A stretch of DNA of 64,000 nt from Candidatus Latescibacterota bacterium (GTDB lineage: Bacteria; Latescibacterota; UBA2968; UBA8231), in contig OZ241889.1 of NCBI GenBank assembly GCA_965203355.1, positions 2,688,001 to 2,752,000 of the forward strand. Reading direction: 5' to 3'. A model generated the notes under the pieces. The model worked only from the letters and a program-made list of their open reading frames with translations. It did no database searches and had not been told where the DNA came from. Both the position numbers and the translations under genes were made by a program. Position 1 is the stretch's first letter, and the number at the start of each line of letters is the position of its first letter. Shown in pieces: positions 27,975-36,400 of this stretch.

Positions 27975-29290
27975 GGGCGCACTCCAAAAACTAGGTCTTC
28001 GCGGGCCTGCTCGATTTGCACGTCCGCGAATTCGTTGGACCGGGCCGAGCCGGCGAAGAGGACCTTGACGTAGTTATCGCTCAAGCCGACCTGCAAGCCG
28101 GTGGCTGGGTCTGAGCGCCCTTCGGCGAGGACTTGGAGTGTGTGGCCGACAAAGCGCTGGTGGAAGGCAAGCCGCTTGGCTGCGCCGAGGGCAATGAGTG
28201 CTTGGGCGCGCTCCTTTTTGACGGCGGTGTCCTGGTGATCGGGCAGGCGCTCGGCCGGGGTGCCGGCCCGCTGAGAATACGAAAAGACGTGGAGGTACGT
28301 CAGCGGCAGGTCGGCCAACAAGGCGCGCGTCTGGGCAAAATGCGCGTCGGCCTCCCCGGGGAAGCCGACCATGACGTCAGTGCCAATGGCGCAGCCGGGG
28401 ATGTGGCTGGCGATCCGCTCTATCCGCTCGGCGTAATAGGCGCGCGTGTAGCGCCGCCCCATGCGCTTGAGAATGTGGTCGTCACCGCTTTGCAAAGGCA
28501 CGTGGAAATGGCGACAGAGCGCCGGAGAAGCGGCCACTTGGTCAATCAGCGCGTCGGTGACATAACCCGGCTCAATGGAGTTGAGGCGAATGCGCTCCAA
28601 ACCGTCGATTTGTTCCAGCGCGGCGAGGAGTCCGACGAGGGCTTCGGGCTGGCCTTGGTCGAACCCATAGCGGCCCGTGTGGACGCCGGTCAGAGCGAGC
28701 TCGCGGTAGCCGGCTGCGACCATGCGCTGGGCTTGGGCGATGACTGCGGCGGCTGGGCGACTGGCGCTGTGCCCGCGCACCGCTGGGATAATGCAATAGG
28801 TGCAGTGTTCGTCGCAGCCGTCTTGGATTTGTAGGCTGCCGCGGGTGCGGCCTTGGGGCACGATGCCGTCAATGGCGAGAAATTGCTCAGTGCGCGGCCT
28901 CGTTGCCGCGGGGGCGGGGATTTCGGCACCGGCTAGGTGTGCTTCGAGCAACTCGACGAGCTGGGCCTTCTGGCCGTTGCCCACGACCAAGTCGGCCCCG
29001 GCCGCTGCGAGGTCTGTTGGTCTCCGCTGAGCATAGCAGCCCGTGGCGACGATCTCCGCGCTTGGATTGCGCCGCCGGGCACGGCGTACGGCCTTGCGCG
29101 AGTCTGCGTCGCCCGCACCGGTGACCGTGCAGGTATTGACCACGTACACGTCGGCCTCAGAGCCGAAGGGCACGAGCGAATAGCCGCGCTCGGTCAGGCG
29201 GTGGGCGAGGGCTTCTACTTCGTAGGCATTGAGCTTGCAACCTACGTTTTGCAGGGCCACGCGTGGGTTTGCGGATGTTGGAGTGCCCAT
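27971..29290 (-). CDS. mtaB: tRNA-t6A37 methylthiotransferase
   Basis: GCKLNAYE, NTCTVT, QDGCDEHCTYC, LTGVHTG, HVFSYS.RAGT motifs typical of MtaB. Confidence 0.9.
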   Translation of the reverse strand: MGTPTSANPRVALQNVGCKLNAYEVEALAHRLTERGYSLVPFGSEADVYVVNTCTVTGAGDADSRKAVRRARRRNPSAEIVATGCYAQRRPTDLAAAGADLVVGNGQKAQLVELLEAHLAGAEIPAPAATRPRTEQFLAIDGIVPQGRTRGSLQIQDGCDEHCTYCIIPAVRGHSASRPAAAVIAQAQRMVAAGYRELALTGVHTGRYGFDQGQPEALVGLLAALEQIDGLERIRLNSIEPGYVTDALIDQVAASPALCRHFHVPLQSGDDHILKRMGRRYTRAYYAERIERIASHIPGCAIGTDVMVGFPGEADAHFAQTRALLADLPLTYLHVFSYSQRAGTPAERLPDHQDTAVKKERAQALIALGAAKRLAFHQRFVGHTLQVLAEGRSDPATGLQVGLSDNYVKVLFAGSARSNEFADVQIEQAREDLVFGVRP

Positions 29291-29359
29291 AAGTCCGTTA
29301 GGGAAAACGAGATAAACAGTTAAACCTAACGATCAGCCCCTGCTGGGGCAATGGGCCGC

Positions 29360-31576
29360 TCAGGCGGGTTCGAGCTGGGCGTACGCGACCGCAATGCGTT
29401 TGGTCCGCGTCCCAAAGCGGATGGAGAGCTTCATCTTTTCGCCGTGCCCTTCGCGGCTGACGATCTGCCCACGCCCCCATTGGGGGTGGCGCACCCACTG
29501 GCCCTCGGCGAGGAAGTCGTCTTGGGCAACGAACTCGTCGAAGTTAGCCGCCTGCTCGGCGTCCCACTCGTAGTGGACGCCTTGGGGGGCCGCGGCCTTC
29601 TTTCGCTGCCGTGGGCCGACGCGCTGCCGCGTGCGGTCCACGCCGCGGTCCAACTCGTAATGCTGGGTCGTTAGCTCGGCTGGGACTTCGCTTAAAAACC
29701 GCGAGGGTTCGGTTGCAAGCAGCGAGCCGTACGCATAGCGACGCCGGGCATAGGTGAGGCTGAGCTGTTCTTGCGCCCGGGTCATGCCCACGTAGCAGAG
29801 TCGGCGCTCTTCTTCAATGGCTGGGGGATCGCCGACAGCCCGCGCCGTGGGAAAGAGATTCTCTTCGAGGCCGCAGACAAAAACCAAGGGGAACTCCAAG
29901 CCCTTGGCACTGTGCAGGGTCATCAAGGTAATGGCGTTGCCCTTGTTGTCGCTTTCGTCCGCCGAGGTCAGCAGGGACTTTTCTTCGAGATAGATCGCTA
30001 AAGTCGCGGCTGGATTCGCGTCTGCGTATTCGGTCATATCAGCGAGTAACTGGTCGAGATTCTGCAAGCGGGCCTCGGCTTCTGGCGTGTTTTCCGCCGC
30101 GAGCATGGCGCGGTATCCACTCTTTTCGACGACGGCAAAGCCTAGTTCGGGCAGGGAGAGTTCATCGGTGGCGGCCATCAGTTCGCCGATCAGGTCCGCG
30201 AAGGCCGCGAGGCTTTTTTGTGCGCGACTGCTGAGGCTGGGCACCTCGTCGAGGTGTTTCAGTGCCGTAGAAAGGCTCCAGCCTTGGGTTTGGGCGAAAG
30301 CCTGCAAGCGCGTAAGCGAGGTGTCGCCAATGCCGCGGCGCGGCGTATTGACGATACGGCGCAGGGCCGTGTCGTCGGCCGGGTTGACCAACAGCCTCAA
30401 GTAGGACAGCACATCGCGGATTTCGCGACGGTCGTAAAAGCGGATACCGCCGATGATCACATAGGGAAGACGGGCGCGTTGCAACTCCTCTTCAAAGGGC
30501 CTCGATTGGGCGTTGGTGCGGTAGAGCACGGCGGCGTCTCCGAGGCTGTAGCGGCCCAAGCGGTCGTAGCGACGGATGGCATCGACGACGTGGCGGGCCT
30601 CACGGCGGTCCGAGTCGCATTCAACAACCGCGACCGGGTCGCCTTCGGGGCCATTCGTCCACAGCGCTTTGCCCTTGCGGCCTTGGTTGTGGCTGATGAC
30701 GGCGTTGGCGGCGGCGAGAATGCGGCCGGTGGAGCGGTAGTTTTGCTCTAACCGCACTAGGCGGGCCTCTGGATAGTCGCGTTCAAAGTCGAGGATGTTG
30801 CGGATGTCGGCCCCGCGAAACTGGTAGATCGACTGGTCGTCATCGCCGACCACGCAGATGTTGCAGTGGAGCGCCGCTAGCTGGCGGCAGAGCAAGTACT
30901 GAGGCCGATTGGTGTCTTGGTATTCATCGACGAGCAAATGCTCAAAGCGCTCTTGGTAGGTTTGCAAAATGTCTGGGTGGCGCTCGAACTGGCGCACGAC
31001 CTCGACGAGCAAGTCGTCGAAATCAAGGGCTTGGTTGCGGCGCAACTCGCGCTCGTAGTCGGCGTAGAGTTCGGCGATTTGCCGTTGGTTCTCGTTTGCT
31101 TGGTGCGCGAATTCTCTGGGGTCGAGCATGGCGTTCTTGGCGCGGCTGATCTGGCTGACGACCGCGCGCGGCGCGAGTTCGCGCTCGTCGATCTGGTGGG
31201 CGTTGAGGACGCGGCGGATGGTGGCGCGGCGGTCGTCTTCGTCGTAGATGGAGAAGTTGGGGTCAAAACCAAAACCCTCGGCCTGACGACGCAGGATGCG
31301 CGCACATATCGAGTGGAAGGTGCCGACCCATAGTTCGGTGGCCGCCGAACCGACGAGCTGCTCGATGCGCTCGCGCATTTCGCCCGCCGCCTTATTGGTA
31401 AAGGTCGCGGCGAGGATGCGCCACGGGGGCACCCCGACTTCTTTGATGAGAAAGGCGATGCGATGGGTGAGGACGCGGGTTTTACCCGAGCCGGCTCCAG
31501 CGAGGACCAACAGCGGGCCGCCCGCGGCCTCGGCCGCCCGGCGTTGCTCTGGATTGAGAGCGTCTAGTATGGACAT
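29360..31576 (-). CDS. pcrA: ATP-dependent DNA helicase PcrA/UvrD
   Basis: AGAGSGKT, TFTNKAA, DEYQDTN, VGDDDQSIY, LEQNYRS, TLHSAKGLEF, EERRLCYVGMTRA, C-terminal Tudor-like VRHPQWGRG. Confidence 0.95.
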   Translation of the reverse strand: MSILDALNPEQRRAAEAAGGPLLVLAGAGSGKTRVLTHRIAFLIKEVGVPPWRILAATFTNKAAGEMRERIEQLVGSAATELWVGTFHSICARILRRQAEGFGFDPNFSIYDEDDRRATIRRVLNAHQIDERELAPRAVVSQISRAKNAMLDPREFAHQANENQRQIAELYADYERELRRNQALDFDDLLVEVVRQFERHPDILQTYQERFEHLLVDEYQDTNRPQYLLCRQLAALHCNICVVGDDDQSIYQFRGADIRNILDFERDYPEARLVRLEQNYRSTGRILAAANAVISHNQGRKGKALWTNGPEGDPVAVVECDSDRREARHVVDAIRRYDRLGRYSLGDAAVLYRTNAQSRPFEEELQRARLPYVIIGGIRFYDRREIRDVLSYLRLLVNPADDTALRRIVNTPRRGIGDTSLTRLQAFAQTQGWSLSTALKHLDEVPSLSSRAQKSLAAFADLIGELMAATDELSLPELGFAVVEKSGYRAMLAAENTPEAEARLQNLDQLLADMTEYADANPAATLAIYLEEKSLLTSADESDNKGNAITLMTLHSAKGLEFPLVFVCGLEENLFPTARAVGDPPAIEEERRLCYVGMTRAQEQLSLTYARRRYAYGSLLATEPSRFLSEVPAELTTQHYELDRGVDRTRQRVGPRQRKKAAAPQGVHYEWDAEQAANFDEFVAQDDFLAEGQWVRHPQWGRGQIVSREGHGEKMKLSIRFGTRTKRIAVAYAQLEPA

Positions 31577-31687
31577 GGAGGGATGTCGCTAGACAAGACC
31601 TATCTCAGCGTTTGATTCCGGCACTCGTGTAGCGCCGGTTTTGAATGGATAATTATCAGGGTGATCAAGATGCCTTCAGGTTTATTG

Positions 31688-31909
31688 CTACCGCCGCAAG
31701 TCGCTAAAGGTTGAGGTCGTATGCGTATCTTGCCACGCGACAAAGCCCATCGCCGCGATGACACAAGCCCCTAGCACCAAAATGCCAAAAACCACCAAAC
31801 CCGTCCGGTCCTCTCGATTGGAAGCCAGAGCCGTCATTAGGACCTCGCAGCCTTTAACCACTAAGTAGAAAGCCAGCATATAGGTAATAATCTGCAACAT
31901 CCCGGCCAT
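31688..31909 (-). CDS. Small two-helix membrane protein, unknown function
   Basis: ATG 31909 preceded by AGGAG. Two hydrophobic segments (LQIITYMLAFYLVV; GLVVFGILVLGACVIAAMGFV). Confidence 0.6.
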   Translation of the reverse strand: MAGMLQIITYMLAFYLVVKGCEVLMTALASNREDRTGLVVFGILVLGACVIAAMGFVAWQDTHTTSTFSDLRR

Positions 31910-31971
31910 GCGTTTGCTCCTGCTTGGGTTTGGTTGGGTTTTGAGAGAATATAGCCGCAGATCATTGAGCG

Positions 31972-32997
31972 TCAATTCACGCGCTGGGCTAGCTTGATCC
32001 GGCGCTTGGCGCGCTCGTGTTCCCTGTTGGTGCGGCTGAAGATATGGGTGCCGTCGCCGCGTGCGACGAAGTAGAGATAGTCGGTTTTCTCGGGGTAGAG
32101 CACGGCGAGAAGAGCCGTGCGCCCGGGGTTGCTAATGGGGCTGGGGGGCAGGCCGTGGTGGCGATACGTGTTGAAGGGCGAATCCACCTTCAAGTCGGCA
32201 TAAGTCAGCCGCTTCTTGTTCTCGCCGAGAACGTAGTTGATCGTCGCGCAGGATTCGAGGCGGCGGTTGAGTTTGAGGCGGCGTTGGAAGACGCCGGAGA
32301 TAATGGGCTGCTCTTCAACGGCCACTGCTTCGCGCTCGACGATCGAGGCCAACGTCACAGCTTGGTGCAGCGAAAGTTCAAGATCGTTGAGCCGCTGGCG
32401 CAGGGAGTCGGCGAATACGCGGTAGAATTGGCCGACCATGAGCGAGGCGATGGCGCGTTCATCGGCGTTTGGGTCGAAGAAATACGTTTCGGGGAAGAGA
32501 TAGCCTTCGAGCGTGGACGCGGCCACCCCGAGTTGGCGGATGAGCTGCGGGTCTTCGGTGGCGGCGATAAAGCGAGCCGAATCCGCCACGCCTGCGGCCT
32601 GCAACTGGCTCGCGATCTGGTGGCGATGCAGCCCCTCGGGGATTGTCGCGGGTTGGGTTTGGATGGGAGCCTTGAGCAGGGATTGGACTAGGTCGGCTGT
32701 CGTGCCGATGCCGTCGAGCTGATAGGTACCTGCCTTAAGCTGATGACCGAGGCCCTTGAACTGGACAGTCCAAGCAAAGACGTGGGCGTTGTGGATTAGA
32801 TTTTCCCGCGCTAGCAACTGGCCGATCCAGCGGGCACTCGCACCTTGGGGGATGTGGATTGTACGCGCTGGGTATTCGTAGGTCGGTTGGTTCAAATACC
32901 AAAATCCCCCAAGCGGCAACGCCACTCCGACCAGTGCAATAGCCGCGACGACTAAGAGGGCGCGGTACCAACGTGCAGACTTGGTTTTGGTTGACAT
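31972..32997 (-). CDS. mltG: Endolytic murein transglycosylase MltG (YceG family)
   Basis: N-terminal TM helix, TIPEG, LEGYLFPETY, LASIVEREA, SPFNTY..GLPPSPISNPG, YLYFVA. Start moved to MSTKTK. Confidence 0.93.
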   Translation of the reverse strand: MSTKTKSARWYRALLVVAAIALVGVALPLGGFWYLNQPTYEYPARTIHIPQGASARWIGQLLARENLIHNAHVFAWTVQFKGLGHQLKAGTYQLDGIGTTADLVQSLLKAPIQTQPATIPEGLHRHQIASQLQAAGVADSARFIAATEDPQLIRQLGVAASTLEGYLFPETYFFDPNADERAIASLMVGQFYRVFADSLRQRLNDLELSLHQAVTLASIVEREAVAVEEQPIISGVFQRRLKLNRRLESCATINYVLGENKKRLTYADLKVDSPFNTYRHHGLPPSPISNPGRTALLAVLYPEKTDYLYFVARGDGTHIFSRTNREHERAKRRIKLAQRVN

Positions 32998-33176
32998 ACT
33001 GTCGGCCTTACCTAATAAAAGTGATGCGGGTGTGTCGAGTTTCGCGCCCGTCGGTTGGGAAGTGGGCTGCGAACTAAGGCTAGCGCAAAAGTATGAATCG
33101 GGATTTTTTACAACCAAGGCTGAGTTGAAAAATGTATGAGAAAAGACAATTCCTGTCAATTTGATTCGATTTCTGA

Positions 33177-33304
33177 TAGTGGTACGTTTTGAAATTTAGC
33201 TTTACTCCCGTTGCACGGGTCGCTCTCGCTCGGCCTGAACCCCGGCGACCCAAGCCCGACCTCAACCATACCGCGACAATTGGAGACTTCAAAACGTATC
33301 ACGA
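33177..33304. mobile_element. ~128-bp MITE-like element, copy 1 (both terminal inverted repeats)
   Basis: TAGTGGTACGTTTTGAA (33177-33193) versus TTCAAAACGTATCACGA (33288-33304): 15/17 inverted match. Internal GGGTCGC/GCGACCC stem. Second copy at 39724-39820. Confidence 0.7.
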
Positions 33305-33349
33305 CCGAATGATTTGGTCTAATCCCGCTTTGGCAGTGCAGAGTAGTTG

Positions 33350-33442
33350 CCGACCTTGACAATAGAAATGGGAACCGACGGCGGGGACGGCGGGGCAAAC
33401 CAGTGCGCTGTCTAATTCCCGACATGGACAATAGAAATGGGA
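33350..33442. repeat. Two 24-bp direct repeats 69 bp apart
   Basis: CCGACCTTGACAATAGAAATGGGA (33350-33373) and CCGACATGGACAATAGAAATGGGA (33419-33442), 22/24 identical. Confidence 0.75.
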
Positions 33443-33467
33443 CCCCAGAAAACTGAGGTCCCATTTC
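33434..33467 (-). terminator. Terminator-like hairpin after the large surface-protein gene
   Basis: Minus-strand GAAATGGGACCTCAG-TTTT-CTGGGGTCCCATTTC, 15-bp stem with one G-U pair, 30 bp after the stop. Confidence 0.75.
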
Positions 33468-33496
33468 CGTAACTCGCCAACATCGTGTCGTGGATG

Positions 33497-36400
33497 TTAC
33501 TTGAGCAGCAGCATCTTCTTGATGTCGAGGAAATCGCCGCCCGCCTGCAAGCGGTAGAAGTACATTCCCGACGACACGCTCTGGCCGCTATCGTTGGTCG
33601 CGTCCCACTCCACCGCGTAACGACCCGCCGCCTGATGCTCGGCGACCAGCGTCCGCACCGGCTGACCCAACACGTTGTACACGGTCAGCCCCACGGCCGC
33701 CGCTTGCGGCAACGCATACTGAATCGTCGTCTGCGGATTGAACGGGTTCGGATAGTTGGCCGCCAGCGAGAACACGGCCGGGCGCGTCTGCACCGCCACC
33801 GGCGCGGGCAATGCCAGCCGGTTGAAGCCCAACGCCCGGTCATACGTCTGGCTGTCGGTGATTTCGAGGGTCGTGTGCTCGATCTCGGTCGTTGGACGGA
33901 AGACTAAGCGCAGCATCAGTTCGCCGTCCGAAACGACGTCGCCGTGAGCGGCTACCGTCAACACGCCCGCTTGGTCGGCCAACACCTGCGGCGTAGCGAA
34001 TGCGCTATCACCCAGCGGCTGATCGGTCCGCGCCTCGACGAAAGTCAACTGGTCGGCGTCATACGTTACCTGCAAGCCGTAGCCCTTGACCGCCACGAAG
34101 TCGGCCAATCGCACATTAACGACGAACTCTTCTCCTACGCTCGGCAGGGCTGTCGGCGCGTCCAGATACAGTCGTGCGTCCCCGTTCAGCCCGGTCCGCA
34201 GCGGCACCGGCTTGCCTGCCGCGGCCACGCTACGACCGAAATGGTCGGCCAACACGAAGAAATCGTCGAAGTCAATCGTCCCATTCGGCGCCAGGTCAAA
34301 CGCCGGATCAAACCCGGCGTCGCCCGCCGTCAAGCCGAAGCGGTCGGCCAACACGAAGAAATCGTCGAACCCGATACGATGGTCGGCGCCGAACAGCCCC
34401 AACAGGGCCTGCCCTTGGCTATCGGCCACCCGGTTGCGCACGGCTAACGCGGTATGCTCGACCGAACCGGTCTCATTGTCCCAATCAAAGGGCCGCACCT
34501 GATAGGTGTAATGCACGCCATGCTGCGCCGTCTCATCGACGAAGGACGCGACCCCGGCCTCCACCTCGGCGACCACGGAAAACGTTTCTTCCCCGACGGC
34601 GCGGCGATAGATGCGATAGCCATGTACGCCCACGACCGGCTCGACCGGCGCCGGGCCCAACGCGCCAGCTACGACCCCTTGCAGCACCTGATCCGACGGC
34701 GACAGCGTCCACGTCAGCGCGATGCGACCGCCTTGATCGTCCGGTGCATCCAACACCTGTAGTGCGGACACAGCCAACGGCGCGATGTCGTCAGTCGCCC
34801 GCACGGCCTCGGCCGTCCAAGTAATCGACGAACTCAGCACACTACTGACGACATTTAGCTTCGGCGCCACGCCGCGAGCGTAAGCCAATGCTTCCGGCAG
34901 CAACGACGCCAGCACCGGACCCTCACCGCCCTGCGCGGCGGCGCGGCTGGCTTGCAGCGTCGCCGCCATCTGCGCGTAAGGCGCGGTCAGGTCGTCGGCC
35001 TCGACGAACACGGCCTTGGCCATCGTGTGCGTGGTGCGCCCCCCGCGCTCGGCGGCAATACCCCAGCGCGTCGAGACGTTATCCAGCGTCGCCACGATGG
35101 CACGGCCCATCGCCACCCCAGGCACGGCATCTACTTGCGCCCACGGCACCATCTCATTTTCCAGCACCGGCAACGCACGGAAAATGCGATAGCCGTCCAG
35201 CGACTTATGATCCGCCGACAACTCCCAAGACAGCATCACAAAACCGCCTTGGTCGCCTTGGCCATCCGCGCCTTTGTAGTCTTCGGCGACCAGATTAGTC
35301 GGCGCCGACAGGGGCGGCTCCACCACCGCCATGCTCAACGGCAGCGACTGACGCGCGCCGCTGGCATCCATGACCGTGTAAGTCGCGACCGTCTCGCCCA
35401 TCGTCGTCGGCGTCCCGGAAATCGTCCGGGTGGCCGGGTCAAACGACAGCCCGGTCGGCAAACCCGACACGCTATACGTCAGCGGCGGGGTGCCCCCGGA
35501 GACGGCCGGCAACGTCAGGTTTGCCGGCACGTTAATGGCGAGTTGAATCATACTGTCGTCGTGCGAGTCGGCTGGATTGGCTTTGCCGGCTCCGCTGTTG
35601 AACAGACCGAACAACGCGCTCAAGTCGCCAAAATCCAGCATCGCGTTGACCGTAATCGTGAACATCAGCGAGACGCTTTCGGCGCCAGCCATCGCCGTGT
35701 AGGTGACTTCCATGGTTCCCTCGGCTTCTGGCGTCCCGGAAATCGTCCGGGTGGCCGCGTCAAACGACAGCCCGGTCGGCAGACCCGACACGCTATACGT
35801 GATGGTGCCTTCGCCGCCCAACGCCACCGGCAGCACCAACGGCGTAATCGCCGTGCCCGCCGTGTAGGTATGGACGGCAATCGAAGCACCATCAACAAAT
35901 GCCAAGGGGAGCATCATCTCCTTATCATCGTCGCCGTCCATCATGCCGCTATCCATGTCGGTCAGCACCAGCGTCGCCGAACCCGCCGTCAAACCCGGCA
36001 GCATCGCGTTGAGCACGATCGTCTCGTCGCCTTCAGCCATACCGTCGGAGACCGGATCAACCAACAGGCGCGTCGAACCCATAATCGAACCGGCGGCAAT
36101 AGTGATGGTCGGATTGAATAGGGCCGAGTAGTCCGTGTCGCGCGTGGCACTACTCGCAGCCGCGTCAATCGAAACGGAGACCGTGGCGTTCTCGGCCAAC
36201 GGCTTGCCGTCCAGCGCGGCCATGACCATCACTTCCGTCAATTCCGCTGACTCGCTGAGCGCACTTGGCGTCACCGACAGCACCAGAGACGTGCTCGGCG
36301 TTTCGTCGTCGGAAATCCGCAGGTCCACCTGCGCCCAGCCGCCCGAAGCCGCCGCTCGCACACCCAAGTGCTTATGGCCGTCCGCCGAAGCGTTGTCAAT

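Noticed and set aside
33350-33442. 24-bp repeats with a 45-bp spacer as a mini CRISPR array
   Set aside because: Only two units, one overlaps a terminator arm, and there are no cas genes in the window.
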